This document shows positions 1-10,593 of a stretch of 64,000 nucleotides of DNA, one piece after another. The notes under the pieces were generated by a model. The model did no database searches and was not told the DNA's origin. It saw nothing but the letters and a program-made list of their open reading frames with translations. Position 1 is the first letter of the stretch. Each line of letters starts with the position of its first letter. A program made the translations under genes and the position numbers. The stretch spans positions 256,001 through 320,000 of the forward strand of contig CAXXFF010000001.1 of the NCBI GenBank assembly GCA_963676835.2. The letters are read 5' to 3'. Origin of the DNA: Marispirochaeta sp. GTDB taxonomy: Bacteria; Spirochaetota; Spirochaetia; JC444; Marispirochaetaceae.

Positions 1-2367
1 GAGAGTTACATCTCCCGACAGATTCCCCCTGAGCGGGATATCTCCAAAGCGGTTTAACGGTGCGTTAACGAAGGAAAGATCAGATTCGATCTCATCATCG
101 CTTAAACTGGCGAGAAGCTGATAGGATTCTTCGCCATCCTCTGATGAAAGTTGAAGCCAGCCATTACCGTTAAAAGGCAGTTCAGAGAAATTTATACCAT
201 TCTCAAAAGAGCTGGTACTTTTCCGCTCAAGTGAGAAAAAACCGTTACCTTCAATATCCGAGACGGAGTCCGCGTAGGCCAGTTTGTATATGGAAAGCTC
301 GCTTCCATCACTGAACATGGTCACAGAGAGGGTGTTACCCCCGCCTCCTATGGGCAGATTCCTGATACGGGTATTTTCAAGCCAGATATTCCATCCCTCA
401 GCTATATTGAACAAACCACGGGCATTTATATCAAGTCTGCTGACCCCTTGGGGCAGCGGCAGGGGCATGTCCCGGGTCTTTATCATGAAACGTCCGGGGG
501 TGCCGAAATCAATAAAGAAACTGTCAAGATAACTTCCCGATAACGAAACCTGATCCCCGGCCAGACTTCCGGTAAAACGGTAGGCGGTCTCCTGCACATC
601 TGCATTCAGGCTGAAATCAAAACCTTCTGAAGTTTTTTCAAGTGCAAATTTTGCACTCCCCTTATAGTCATCAAATCGGATAGCATCAAGGTTTATATCA
701 AAGCGATCGCCGTTACCGCTTACCTGCAGGGTAACACTTCGCCGAGGATCATCAGGTTTATCCAGAACACAGTCGGGCAGGAAAAAGGTGAATTCGTCTC
801 CGCTTGTGTACAAAAACAGAGAACTGTTAATGCGGTAGTTTTCGTTCCTTAACAGATCCGGAGGGTTCTCCCCGGTATAGAGCTCAAGAGCAGCATTCAG
901 GGGCAGATCCGCAAGAGTTCCCCCCAGCTGAATCATTCCGGAATCCTGATAATATCCCCCTTCAACTGATACGCGGGAAGTCTGAATGGTGCCGTTCTCA
1001 ACAGGCGCATCCAGTGAGAACTCCCAGCGGCTGCCTTCATGCAGCAGACTGCCGGTAATTCCCGGAAATAAGACTCCACCAATGCGGGCTCCCCCGGAAG
1101 CGGATACCCGGTTTCCGCGTCGATAAAACTGAAGATCCGTGTTAAAAAAATCCCCGGTACTAAGCTGATAATCCCTGATTTTAAGCTGTCCGGAAGGCAG
1201 CAGATTACTGAAACGGAAATCTCCTGCGTAGGTAAGTCTGCCAATTGTGGAGTTTACCAGTGCTTTATTAAACTCTACAGTTTCCTCGGTTCCGGAAAAG
1301 CTGAGTTCTGCATCTGCAGGTACGGGTAAATAGAGGTTATCCGCTTTCAGCTGCAGATCGCCACTGTAAGCGATAGTTGCCAGATCAAAAGGAAAGTCAC
1401 TTCTGGCATGTCCCGTAACCAGAGTAGAAAGCCAGGGATTTACCGGAGCAAGGCTCTCTTTGAAAGTCATTAAATTGGCGGGGGTAAAATTTTCCGAGCG
1501 GAATTCTACGGCAGCATGTCGATCTTTTAAATCTGCTTCCAGAGAGACATCGAAGGGTTCCCTGTCCTGAATTTTACGCAGAAGAAGCTTTTCCGGCTGG
1601 TAATCAGCAAACAGGGTAAGTTCCGGCAACTCCAGAATGTTCGTATCTGTTCTTTTCAGATTAACCGTGAAGGTACCCGAACGTAAATCGGGAAGTACAC
1701 TGCCTTCAGCACTTATGTCACTGGCCAGGGTTTTCAAAGGGGAGGTATCTCCTGTAAGAAGCAGCTCCACCTGCCCGGAAAAATCAAGATTGAATCTGTT
1801 TTCCCCGGGGACAAGATCAAAAAATATCCGCTCAACACTTAAGGAACCCTCAGGTGCTTTTACAAAGACCTTGATATTTCGTCCGCTCACGGTAAAACGC
1901 GGTTCTTCCGCCGCTAAAGGGTCTCCCCTTTGTGTGTCTGCAGCCCCGGTATTCAGATCCCTGATAAGCTCAATCAGATCTGCATCTTTGTCCGTATCGA
2001 TGCTGACAGAAGTATTTTCAAACCTGATCTCCCGCAAAGCGTTGAGAGGCTGACCGGAAAAGAGCCTGAAAAAATTATACCTGACCTTAACCCTGTGTAT
2101 GGTCAGCAGTTTTTTCTGATGGTCGTTTTTATCGAAAATTGAAAGATCCCGTATTTCCAGATGGCGGAGAATGGCGGGAGAAATACTTTGATAACTTATA
2201 TGCCTGCCAATCCTCCCCTCGACATACTCCACAAGCTGCTGTCGGAATTCCCCCATGCTCTCATCCAGGGCTGTCTGAAAAGGTATGAGAATGAACACCG
2301 TCAGAGAGACAAGAGATATCAGCAGCAAAACTTGCAAAAGATGTATATTCCGGACGGAAAGGGCCAT
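1..2367 (-). CDS. tamB: TamB-like translocation/assembly module protein; 3' part runs off the window
   Basis: Not in the ORF track because it has no stop in the window. Manual translation: SD GGAGGAG, ATG at 2367, MALSVRNIHLLQVLLLISLVSLTVFILIPF (N-terminal TM anchor), frame open to position 1 (>=789 aa, beta-rich). Adjacent to tmk, as I recall for Borrelia tmk-tamB-bamA. Confidence 0.65.
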   Translation of the reverse strand, partial: MALSVRNIHLLQVLLLISLVSLTVFILIPFQTALDESMGEFRQQLVEYVEGRIGRHISYQSISPAILRHLEIRDLSIFDKNDHQKKLLTIHRVKVRYNFFRLFSGQPLNALREIRFENTSVSIDTDKDADLIELIRDLNTGAADTQRGDPLAAEEPRFTVSGRNIKVFVKAPEGSLSVERIFFDLVPGENRFNLDFSGQVELLLTGDTSPLKTLASDISAEGSVLPDLRSGTFTVNLKRTDTNILELPELTLFADYQPEKLLLRKIQDREPFDVSLEADLKDRHAAVEFRSENFTPANLMTFKESLAPVNPWLSTLVTGHARSDFPFDLATIAYSGDLQLKADNLYLPVPADAELSFSGTEETVEFNKALVNSTIGRLTYAGDFRFSNLLPSGQLKIRDYQLSTGDFFNTDLQFYRRGNRVSASGGARIGGVLFPGITGSLLHEGSRWEFSLDAPVENGTIQTSRVSVEGGYYQDSGMIQLGGTLADLPLNAALELYTGENPPDLLRNENYRINSSLFLYTSGDEFTFFLPDCVLDKPDDPRRSVTLQVSGNGDRFDINLDAIRFDDYKGSAKFALEKTSEGFDFSLNADVQETAYRFTGSLAGDQVSLSGSYLDSFFIDFGTPGRFMIKTRDMPLPLPQGVSRLDINARGLFNIAEGWNIWLENTRIRNLPIGGGGNTLSVTMFSDGSELSIYKLAYADSVSDIEGNGFFSLERKSTSSFENGINFSELPFNGNGWLQLSSEDGEESYQLLASLSDDEIESDLSFVNAPLNRFGDIPLRGNLSGDVTL

Positions 2368-2455
2368 CTAAGCTCCTCCGCCAGCTGAGGTCTGGACTGA
2401 AATCACCATACTATTGTACCAATATACTACACTTGTAAGAAGTAGTTCCGGTACA

Positions 2456-3082
2456 GTGAGGAAAAGGCTTTTGGAAAAAATTGATAACTTCTTTGTCATT
2501 GAAGGTTTGGACGGATCCGGCACAACAACCCAGCTCCACCGCATAGAGGACGCTGCGGCCGGTATGGAACCTTTACTACATGCAACTTTTGAACCCACAG
2601 ACAACCCTATCGGAAGAATCATCCGTTCCGTTTTGACCGGGGACATGCCCGTTCCTCCTGATACCCTCATGCGCCTTTTTTCCGCTGACCGGTCCATGCA
2701 TCTCTATGAAGATGATGCAGGCATTAAAGCCAGATCTGCCCGGGGAGAACTTGTACTGTGTGACCGCTACCTTTTTTCCAGTATTGCATACCAGGCTCTG
2801 GGTAACCCCATTGAAGAGGTTATCAGCATGAACCGGTTTCCCCTGCCGGAAAAAGTCTTTTTCATCGAAGTCAGCCCCGAAGAGTGCGCCCGCCGCCGCA
2901 GTTCCCGGGAAAAGGAAGAACTCTTCGATAAAACCGAAACACAGAGAAAAATACGCGATAATTATTATCGCGCTTTTGACGCATTTTCCGCTTGTACTAT
3001 TGAGATTATCGACGGAACCCTGCCAATAGAAGAGATCACTGTTCAGATATGGAGATCTTTACCCTATCCGCCGATAGTATAA
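2456..3082 (+). CDS. tmk: Thymidylate (dTMP) kinase
   Basis: FVIEGLDGSGTTTQ P-loop, TFEP, LFSADR, VLCDRYLFSSIAYQ. Start is GTG 2456 or TTG 2471. Confidence 0.92.
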   Translation: MRKRLLEKIDNFFVIEGLDGSGTTTQLHRIEDAAAGMEPLLHATFEPTDNPIGRIIRSVLTGDMPVPPDTLMRLFSADRSMHLYEDDAGIKARSARGELVLCDRYLFSSIAYQALGNPIEEVISMNRFPLPEKVFFIEVSPEECARRRSSREKEELFDKTETQRKIRDNYYRAFDAFSACTIEIIDGTLPIEEITVQIWRSLPYPPIV

Positions 3083-3084
3083 AG

Positions 3085-3702
3085 GTGAAAACAGAGGGAA
3101 AAATAAAGATATTCCTGACAGTCGGACTGCTGATTCTCACGGTATCCGGTCTTCAGGCTTATCCTGTGCAGTTTGCAGAGCAGTTCTACCGGCTTTACCA
3201 TACCCAGATGTATATGTACCCGGAGAACATTGAAGAAAATCTCTGGTATCTTGAAAAAGCCCTTAATTCGGACTTCTGCAACCCCCTGTACGCTCTTGCC
3301 CGGCCCCTGAATGATTCAACCGACTGGGCAAAATACCGGGCCCTGTTCAGAATGCATGTCAACCTTACCATTATTCAGCAATACCGCACTCTGGGACGCC
3401 GTTTTGACAAGGAGAAAGCCTGGTTCTTCAATGCACCATGGAAAGAGGAAAATCTTGAAAGCCTTGAAATAGCGGAACATTTCTATCGCGCTGCCCTCTA
3501 TTACTGGCCTGAAGCCTTGCGCTGGGCGAAAGCCGCATCGGTAAACCCCTGGGACCATTATGAGGGGATCGAAGCCTGGGAGGACGAACGCTACCGGATT
3601 CGTCAGGGGGAACTTGACTATGCGGATATCATCAGGATGGATCTTGAGCATCTCCAGGAGGTACGGGAAGACTTCATGGCCATGGATGACACCACCTATT
3701 GA
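3085..3702 (+). CDS. Exported hypothetical protein (helical)
   Basis: GTG just after the tmk stop; signal-peptide-like KIFLTVGLLILTVSGLQA; aromatic-rich helical body. Confidence 0.7.
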   Translation: MKTEGKIKIFLTVGLLILTVSGLQAYPVQFAEQFYRLYHTQMYMYPENIEENLWYLEKALNSDFCNPLYALARPLNDSTDWAKYRALFRMHVNLTIIQQYRTLGRRFDKEKAWFFNAPWKEENLESLEIAEHFYRAALYYWPEALRWAKAASVNPWDHYEGIEAWEDERYRIRQGELDYADIIRMDLEHLQEVREDFMAMDDTTY

Positions 3703-4709
3703 ATAAACATGGCGTCGCCGTAACTGAAAAAGCGGTATTGCTCTTTAACTGCAGCGGCATATGTATCAAGTATTGTTTCCCTGCCCGCAAAAGCTGAAAC
3801 CATAACCAGCAGGCTGGATTCGGGGGTGTGAAAATTGGTGAACATATGATCCACAACCTTAAATTTATACCCCGGTGAAATAAAAAGCTCCGTAGCATCT
3901 CTTCCCGTACGTAACCCGTTATCTTTCCAGCTGCTCTCAAGGGTGCGTACCGTAGTTGTTCCCACTGCAATTACCGGCCGCCCCTCTTTTTTGGCAGTGT
4001 TCACCTTTTTTGCAGTTTCAACAGACACCTCATATTCTTCCCGGTGCATTTGGTGATCCGCAAGGTATTCACTGCGTATTGGCTGAAAAGTTCCTATGCC
4101 CACATGAAGAGTAACATAGGCGATTTCCGCACGCGCTCTTATGGCCTCCATCACACCATCGGTGAAATGAAGCCCCGCAGTGGGAGCTGCAACAGAACCG
4201 GTTTCCCGGCTGTAGACAGTCTGATAGCGTTCATCGTCGGTATTTTCCCCTTCCCTGCGGATGTAGGGAGGCAGGGGAATATTTCCATTGCGTTCAAAAT
4301 ACCCGTCATCGAGGCTTGCGGAAAACTGCAGAATCCCCAGACCTTCAGGCTTTTCTACAAGTTCCGCTTCCATGTTTTCGGGAAAGGTATATCGTCGGCC
4401 CACCTGCTGCCGTTTCCGCCGCTGAACGACTGCTTCCCATCTGTTTTCGCCAAGATTTCGGAGAAGCAGAAACTCTACAGTTCCCCCGCCTTCTGTTTTG
4501 GCGAACAGCCTGGCTTTCCTGACCCGGGTATTGTTAAAAACAATGAGCGCCCCTTCCGGAATAATGGAAGGAAAATCACTTATCATGCGGTGGCTGATAT
4601 CACCGGTGGGACGATCTAAAATAAGCAGGCGCGATTCGCCCCTGTTTTCTGCGGGATACTGAGCAATCAGTTCCTCGGGCAGATCAAAAGAGAAATCCCT
4701 GGTCTTCAA
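3696..4709 (-). CDS. queA: tRNA preQ1 S-adenosylmethionine ribosyltransferase-isomerase
   Basis: [54 protein letters not shown]. Confidence 0.97.
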   Translation of the reverse strand: MKTRDFSFDLPEELIAQYPAENRGESRLLILDRPTGDISHRMISDFPSIIPEGALIVFNNTRVRKARLFAKTEGGGTVEFLLLRNLGENRWEAVVQRRKRQQVGRRYTFPENMEAELVEKPEGLGILQFSASLDDGYFERNGNIPLPPYIRREGENTDDERYQTVYSRETGSVAAPTAGLHFTDGVMEAIRARAEIAYVTLHVGIGTFQPIRSEYLADHQMHREEYEVSVETAKKVNTAKKEGRPVIAVGTTTVRTLESSWKDNGLRTGRDATELFISPGYKFKVVDHMFTNFHTPESSLLVMVSAFAGRETILDTYAAAVKEQYRFFSYGDAMFIQ

Positions 4710-5739
4710 TGGTTCCTCCAGGTTCTATATTAAGATGTTCATAGGCAAGGTCAGTCACCTTCCGCCCCCGGGGGGTACGCTGAAGAAATCCCCTCTGAAT
4801 AAGATAGGGTTCGTAGAAATCTTCCAGAGATTCTATCGCCTCGCCGACTGAAATAGCCAGGGTCTCTGCGCCAACAGGGCCGCCGTTATATCTGGCAATT
4901 ATGGTGGTAAGAATCTGACGGTCTAGTCGCTCCAGGCCATAGCTGTCGATTTCCAGACGTTTAAGACCATCGGTAACTATCTCTTCTGTGACAATACCGC
5001 CCTGCTCTCTTCCCAGAATCTGGGCAAAATCCCGCATTCTTTTAAACAGCCGGTTAGCCACCCTGGGAGTTCCCCGGGCGCTGTCTGCCAGGCGTATGAC
5101 CGCTTCATCGGTAATATCACACTCAAGGATACCGGAAGTACGGCGTATAATCTTGCGTATATCTTCAGGATCATAGAAGTTCATGCGGAAAGAAATTCCA
5201 AAGCGGCTGTACAGTGGGCCTGCTACCTGTCCGGCCTTGGTGGTGGCTCCGATAAGGGTGAACTTCGGCAGCTGAATACGAATGGTCCGTGCCGCAGGGC
5301 CCTGTCCGATCACCCAGTCTATTTCGTTATCTTCCATGGCAATATAGAGCATCTCTTCAACCACAGGTTTCAGTCGGTGAATCTCATCGATAAAGAAAAC
5401 AGCGTTCTCCGGAAGAGAAGTGAGAATGCCCGCAAGGTCTTTCGGCTTATCCAGTGCAGGCGCAGAAGTTGCCTTGAACTCAGCCCCCATTTCTTCGGCA
5501 ACAATACCTGCCAGGGTTGTTTTTCCCAGGCCCGGAGGACCTGCAAGAAAAAGATGATCAAGGGCTTCATGGCGCTCTTTTGCCGCCCGGATAAATACCC
5601 TCAGGTTATCCTTGATCCCCTGCTGGCCGAGAAACTCATTGAGACTGGAGGGACGGAGGGAAATCTCAGGTTCATCCTCGCCGCCCATAAAATCGCCCCG
5701 AACCATGGAAGCGCCGGGATCCTGATTAAAACTGTCCAT
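4684..5739 (-). CDS. ruvB: Holliday junction branch migration helicase RuvB
   Basis: [48 protein letters not shown]. Confidence 0.98.
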   Translation of the reverse strand: MDSFNQDPGASMVRGDFMGGEDEPEISLRPSSLNEFLGQQGIKDNLRVFIRAAKERHEALDHLFLAGPPGLGKTTLAGIVAEEMGAEFKATSAPALDKPKDLAGILTSLPENAVFFIDEIHRLKPVVEEMLYIAMEDNEIDWVIGQGPAARTIRIQLPKFTLIGATTKAGQVAGPLYSRFGISFRMNFYDPEDIRKIIRRTSGILECDITDEAVIRLADSARGTPRVANRLFKRMRDFAQILGREQGGIVTEEIVTDGLKRLEIDSYGLERLDRQILTTIIARYNGGPVGAETLAISVGEAIESLEDFYEPYLIQRGFLQRTPRGRKVTDLAYEHLNIEPGGTIEDQGFLF

Positions 5740-5740
5740 A

Positions 5741-6337
5741 TCAGCTGCCGCCTTTCCTGCTCAGCTGAACAATAGCCTCGCGCAGAAGACGTTCTTCTTT
5801 TTGTTCGGTAGACAAATCAGATGGCAGCTCCCTCGAGATAGATGTAACCGTATCTTTTGCAAGCCCTTTATCAAAGCCCATATCTGCAAGGGCATTAACC
5901 ACATCTGCATAAGGGCCGTCGAAGTTTCCATTTTCCGCTTTTGCAATGGTACCCTGCAGGGCAAGAATAATTTTCTGTGCCGTCTTCTTTCCGAGGCCCG
6001 GAATCAGGCTGAGAGAGGCAACATCTTCGCTTTCGATGGCGGCTTTCAGGTTTGCCGCGTTCAGGCCGGAAAGGATTTTCATGGCAAGCCCCGGGCCTAC
6101 ACCGGATACCTTCAACAGCTTGAGAAATACCTCCCGCTCTTCTTCATCAAGAAAACCGTAAAGCTTCATCTGATCTTCTTTATGGTGAAGATAAGCAACC
6201 ACCCGCTGAACTGACCCCGATGAAAAACTGCGGGCGGCAGTGGCTGAAACAGCCAGGGCATATTCCACCCCTGCAACATCGACTGTGCAGAGTGATTCGC
6301 TGTGAACAATGACTTTTCCGGTAAAACTGTTAAACAT
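5741..6337 (-). CDS. ruvA: Holliday junction branch migration protein RuvA
   Basis: KLYGF, HhH motifs VSGVGPGLA and [19 protein letters not shown]; lies between ruvC and ruvB. Confidence 0.96.
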   Translation of the reverse strand: MFNSFTGKVIVHSESLCTVDVAGVEYALAVSATAARSFSSGSVQRVVAYLHHKEDQMKLYGFLDEEEREVFLKLLKVSGVGPGLAMKILSGLNAANLKAAIESEDVASLSLIPGLGKKTAQKIILALQGTIAKAENGNFDGPYADVVNALADMGFDKGLAKDTVTSISRELPSDLSTEQKEERLLREAIVQLSRKGGS

Positions 6338-6360
6338 TAGGGGCAGCCCTCTGTTAACCC

Positions 6361-6843
6361 CTAAAGACGGGGTTGATTGAGAAAATTATACCTGCAGACA
6401 GCAGCAGCAAGTGCATCTGCCGCATGATCAGGCCGGGGGACTTCCGGTAGAGCGAGAATAACCTTTATAAGCTGCTGCATCTGCCGTTTATCGGCAGTCC
6501 CCGTGCCTACAACTGCCTGTTTTATTCTTGGCGGGGAGAAAGCCTCCACAGGAAGCCCCAGTTCTTCACAGGTTACCAGAACCACGCCCATAGCCTGTGC
6601 AACAGGAATGGCCGACGACTGATTTTTAGCAAAGTATATGCTCTCTATTCCGGCAATCTCCGGATGATAGGTTTCATAAATATCGAGAACAGCCCGGCGG
6701 ATGGCCAGCAGGCGCCGGCCGTTATCTTCATCTGCCCTGGTTACAATACTTCCGTGGGCAATATGCTGAAACCGTGTGGCATCAGCATCAATAATGCCCC
6801 AGCCTGTATTGGCAAGCCCCGGATCAATACCGAGAACCCTCAT
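6361..6843 (-). CDS. ruvC: Crossover junction endodeoxyribonuclease RuvC
   Basis: VLGIDPGLANTGWG, ESIYF, KQAVVGTGTADK, DHAADALA. Confidence 0.97.
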   Translation of the reverse strand: MRVLGIDPGLANTGWGIIDADATRFQHIAHGSIVTRADEDNGRRLLAIRRAVLDIYETYHPEIAGIESIYFAKNQSSAIPVAQAMGVVLVTCEELGLPVEAFSPPRIKQAVVGTGTADKRQMQQLIKVILALPEVPRPDHAADALAAAVCRYNFLNQPRL

Positions 6844-7589
6844 TAATCTTCAGGCATCTCGAAATCGTCAGGAATATCCAGGTTGGTGGAAACAGACTGT
6901 ATGTCATCATGATCATCAATACGTTCGATAAGCCGCATTGCCTTGGCGGTAGATTCGTCATCAAGGCTGATTGTTGTTTCCGGAACAAGGCTGACTTCTG
7001 CCATTTCTTCGTTAAACCCGGCAGCCTGAAGCGCATTGAGAACCGTCTCAAAATCTTCCGGCTCGGTTGTAACCTCAATGGTATCGCCGTCATGGCTTAC
7101 ATCTTCGGCTCCCGCCTCAAGGGCCGGCTCAAAAATATCCTCTTCAGAGTAGGTTTCATCGGAAAAAGCAATAATTCCCTTTCTTTTAAACATATAGGAG
7201 ACACAGCCGGTTTCCCCGAGACTGCCGCCGCCCTTCTGAAGGATACTTCTGACATCAGCAGCGGTACGGTTCTTATTGTCCGTAAGAGCCTCTATCATTA
7301 TAGCCACACCATTGGGGCCGTATGCTTCGTAGGTAAGTTCAATGTAATCTACACCGTCAAGATCGCCGGTTCCTTTTTTAACCGCCCTTGTTACATTGTC
7401 CTTAGGCATATTGGCGGCTTTTGCCTTCATAATTGCCGCACGAAGCCGGGGGTTCGCTTCCTCGTCGCCGCCTCCAAGCCGCGCTGCCACGGTAATTTCC
7501 TTGATAATCTTTGAGAAGATTTTTCCCCGTTTGGCGTCTGCTGCGCCTTTTTTATGCTTAATACTAGCCCATTTACTATGGCCGGACAT
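6843..7589 (-). CDS. yebC: YebC/PmpR family protein
   Basis: MSGHSKWASIKHKK, NPRLR, NMPKDN, YEAYGP, TDNKNRT. Confidence 0.96.
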   Translation of the reverse strand: MSGHSKWASIKHKKGAADAKRGKIFSKIIKEITVAARLGGGDEEANPRLRAAIMKAKAANMPKDNVTRAVKKGTGDLDGVDYIELTYEAYGPNGVAIMIEALTDNKNRTAADVRSILQKGGGSLGETGCVSYMFKRKGIIAFSDETYSEEDIFEPALEAGAEDVSHDGDTIEVTTEPEDFETVLNALQAAGFNEEMAEVSLVPETTISLDDESTAKAMRLIERIDDHDDIQSVSTNLDIPDDFEMPED

Positions 7590-7626
7590 ACAGTCTCCTT
7601 GAAATACTATCGTGATTTAACACAGA

Positions 7627-7656
7627 ACAGTAGCACGTTCAAAAAATTGGTGTCAA
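7627..7656 (-). promoter_or_regulatory. Putative sigma70 promoter of yebC-ruvCAB-queA
   Basis: TTGACA-18 nt-TACTGT on the minus strand; the -35 overlaps the hemW stop. Confidence 0.45.
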
Positions 7657-8839
7657 GCAAAGGGCTTTCCATTGTCCATTTCTTCCCATGCTTCAAGAAT
7701 AAGCCTGTTCTGAGTAGAAAAAGAATCACCTCTCAGGCATAAACGATCATTCTCCACCTCACATAAGCCCTTTTCCAGCCAGCGGCCAAGGCTGTCTGGA
7801 ATAATCGCAGAAATATCCTTATCCAGGCGGGCCGTTATCGACGGTAGAAACAATCCACGCACCTGCCGGAAGCCCATAATAAGATGTTCAATAAAAAGAT
7901 CCTCAGGGCTTAAAAGTTCAGTATGAGTATATCCGTCCGGAGATTCCGTCAGATACTCCTCCAGGGATGAAGCTACAGATAGATGCCTTGCACTACGACC
8001 TCCTGATGCCCCGTTATTGTCATAATAGGATAATGAAACCGCCGAAGGCCCTAATCCGAGGTAGGGATTCATCTCCCAATACCCCTGATTATGCATACTT
8101 TCCGCACCGGGTCTGGCATAGTTGCTGACTTCATAGCGATGAAAACCTGCTTCTTCAATAATGCCGTAATCTTCCAGATCGCCCGGGACAGGACCATTAA
8201 AATGAGTTCCTGTTCTCACGGCCAGAGGAGTTCCATCTTCAATGGTTAAATCATAGATTGATACATGATCGACCATCTCGGGATTGAAACTGCCAAGTTC
8301 AGCCTGAAGATCATGAGCATATTGACCTGGCAGCCCACGGATCAGATCGATGGACAAACGCCCGCTCCAACAGTCTTTCAAACCTGATAGAGCATCATAT
8401 ACATCATCTACTGATCCATGTCTGCCGAGAAAATTGCGGGAATCCCTGAAGAAACTCTGTACGCCCATACTTATACGGTTAACAATGCTCTCTTCGAGAA
8501 GGCTGATTTTTTCATTTGATAAAGATTCGGGATTGGCCTCGAAGGTAATTTCCGCTGTTTTTTTTTTACAAAGTTCTGAAAAAGATTTATCAGGCGTTGA
8601 ATACCTTCGGCAGAAAGCATGGAAGGTGTTCCTCCGCCGATATAAACCGTAGAAAACTCCTGAATACCCTGATGTTCCATATTCTCTTCCAACTGACGGG
8701 AAATGGCAGCTATAAACCTCTTTTCAGTCTCTTCTGTCCACACAGGTTCTGAAAAGAAATCACAGTAGTCGCATTTTCGGGAACAGAAAGGTACATGAAT
8801 ATACAGAGATGAAACAGGATTTACCCAAGGACCGCTCAG
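7653..8839 (-). pseudogene. hemW: Radical SAM heme chaperone HemW (HemN-like), frameshifted at an A10 run; probable CTG start
   Basis: N-half: LYIHVPFCSRKCDYCDF and YIGGGTPS. After A10 (8558-8567) the sequence continues in another frame: EITFEANPE, NRISMGVQSF, DLIRGLPGQ, YEVSNYA, HNQGYW. A8 or A11 would give one ~395 aa ORF. May be a sequencing error. Confidence 0.88.
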
Positions 8840-9582
8840 CGTTTCACCGACCAGTACGATAGAAGTACTTTTCCCAGTATTGCAGTATCGGGCAATGGCC
8901 CCCAGAAGCGGGAATCATCCATTATTTTACGGTTATCCCCCAGGACAAAATATTCACCATCCTTCAGGACTGTCATCTCCTGATTATAGGGCCCTGGAAA
9001 TATCCCGCCTTCAGAATAGATGGACATATCAATCAGAACTTCATAGGGGACAGGTGAAAGTTCATCTTCGCTGCGGAATGAAGGAGAACCCGCCGCCTTA
9101 ATGAAGCATTTACCGTTCTCAATATAGAGGGTGTCTCCGGGAAGACCGATAATTCTGCGGAGATACATGGTATCTCCCCGGTCTTCGCCAAGAATATCCG
9201 CAAGGCTTATTTTCTGAAAAGTAACTGTCCGTAAAACAGAATCGACCAGTGAAGTCAGCCGTGACTGATTTGCATTATATGCGGGACGCAGCAGAACAAC
9301 ATCGCCCCTGTCCGGATCGGTGAAGCCGAAGTATTTTTCACTGCCGGTACCGAAACGAATACCATAGGGAAGCGCTGCGGCAAACATCCGGTCGCCGTCG
9401 GTACAGGCAGGATTCATGGCATCACCATGTACGCGCACTGTCGTAAACCCTGTATAACCGAGAAGAAATAGAACTGCAAAGAAAATTAGAATGGTTATAA
9501 TAGTTTTAATAACCATTGTTCGCTGATGTTTTCCGCGAATATATGCTGACGAGCGGTAGAATCCGCCGCTTTTTTGAAACAT
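8836..9582 (-). CDS. lepB: Signal peptidase I homologue (S26), catalytic residues substituted
   Basis: TM anchor; PDRGDVV, RIIGLPGD, YFVLGDNR..DSRFWG boxes; AMNP in place of SMxP and RR in place of KR. Confidence 0.85.
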   Translation of the reverse strand: MFQKSGGFYRSSAYIRGKHQRTMVIKTIITILIFFAVLFLLGYTGFTTVRVHGDAMNPACTDGDRMFAAALPYGIRFGTGSEKYFGFTDPDRGDVVLLRPAYNANQSRLTSLVDSVLRTVTFQKISLADILGEDRGDTMYLRRIIGLPGDTLYIENGKCFIKAAGSPSFRSEDELSPVPYEVLIDMSIYSEGGIFPGPYNQEMTVLKDGEYFVLGDNRKIMDDSRFWGPLPDTAILGKVLLSYWSVKR

Positions 9583-9679
9583 AACGTAAGGGAGGCTATC
9601 AGAAATAGCAGCCTGCTGCAACAGTATCTCCGGGACTTGCACAGGCTCTATCTTTTACCTTAGACTGCGTAATCTGATT

Positions 9680-10141
9680 ATGGCAAAAGAAGGAATTAAG
9701 ATCCTTGCGGACAACCGCAAGGCACGATACAACTACCTTGTTCTCGACTCCCTTGAATGCGGGATTGCCCTGCAGGGCACAGAAGTAAAATCCCTGCGTT
9801 CAGGGAAATTCTCTTTTACCGATGCCTATGCGCGTATAGAGAATAACCAGCTCTGGCTTGTAGGACTGCACATCACCCCGTATGAATTCGGGAATATCTT
9901 TAACCATGTTCCCGACAGAAAGAGGCGTCTCCTTGCCCACAAGGACGAAATAAACAGACTGCGAAGAAAAGTCGATGAAAAGGGGCTAACCCTGGTTCCT
10001 CTGAAATTTTATCTGAAAGGACGTCTGGTAAAACTTGAAATCGGGGTATGTCAGGGAAAGAAACTGCATGACAAGCGTCAGAGCATTAAAGAACGGGACG
10101 ACAAACGTTCCATGGATAGAGAGTTTAAACAGCGGCTCTAA
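9680..10141 (+). CDS. smpB: SsrA-binding protein
   Basis: NRKARYNY, GIALQGTEVKSLR, RRLLAHKDEI, GKKLHDKR; directly upstream of tmRNA. Confidence 0.98.
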   Translation: MAKEGIKILADNRKARYNYLVLDSLECGIALQGTEVKSLRSGKFSFTDAYARIENNQLWLVGLHITPYEFGNIFNHVPDRKRRLLAHKDEINRLRRKVDEKGLTLVPLKFYLKGRLVKLEIGVCQGKKLHDKRQSIKERDDKRSMDREFKQRL

Positions 10142-10148
10142 GCTGCGC

Positions 10149-10177
10149 TTGATACCTTATCACTATTGCAGTATATT
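10149..10177 (+). promoter_or_regulatory. sigma70 promoter of ssrA
   Basis: TTGATA-17 nt-TATATT, about 30 nt upstream of the mature tmRNA 5' end. Confidence 0.6.
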
Positions 10178-10206
10178 ACGGATTAACAATTGATTATGCA
10201 TCCGTC

Positions 10207-10559
10207 GGGGGTGTAAGGGTTTCGACTGTGGGATGCAGAGTCATGAGTTGCAGGTGGAGCGGTACCTCCTTAATCTGCCAAAAACTATAACTGCTAACAA
10301 TAACGAAGCAGACTACGCAATCGCGGCTTAATTAAGCCTCGTCGGGTACCCGGGATGCTGCTCAGAAGCCCGGTGTGCTTGTAATAAATCAGAGCTTACC
10401 TGTTAAGAGGCCTGTGCTTCTCGGGGACATTTAAGCAGGCTGTGGATTCGGGAAGGGCTGCCGGCTCACCTCACCTGAACCGAGATCAAAGAGAAGGCTA
10501 AACCTGTAGAGATTTATGGCATGCCCTGTAGGACAGGGGTTCAACTCCCCTCACCTCCA
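10207..10559 (+). ncRNA. ssrA: tmRNA; tag (A)ANNNEADYAIAA at 10293-10331; 3' CCA not encoded
   Basis: 5' GGGGGTGTAAGGGTTTCGAC; 3' GACAGGGGTTCAACTCCCCTCACCTCCA (Ala acceptor stem with G3.U, T arm); resume context ATAACT-GCT; follows smpB. Confidence 0.97.
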
Positions 10560-10560
10560 T

Positions 10561-10593
10561 AAAAGACCTCGTCATTCGACGGGGTCTTTTTTT
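10561..10593 (+). terminator. Rho-independent terminator of ssrA
   Basis: AAAAGACCTCGTC-attc-GACGGGGTCTTTTTTT. Confidence 0.85.

Noticed and set aside
284..2388. Short ORFs listed in the first 2.4 kb
   Set aside because: Shadows of a single minus-strand frame (tamB-like) that is open from 2367 to the window edge.
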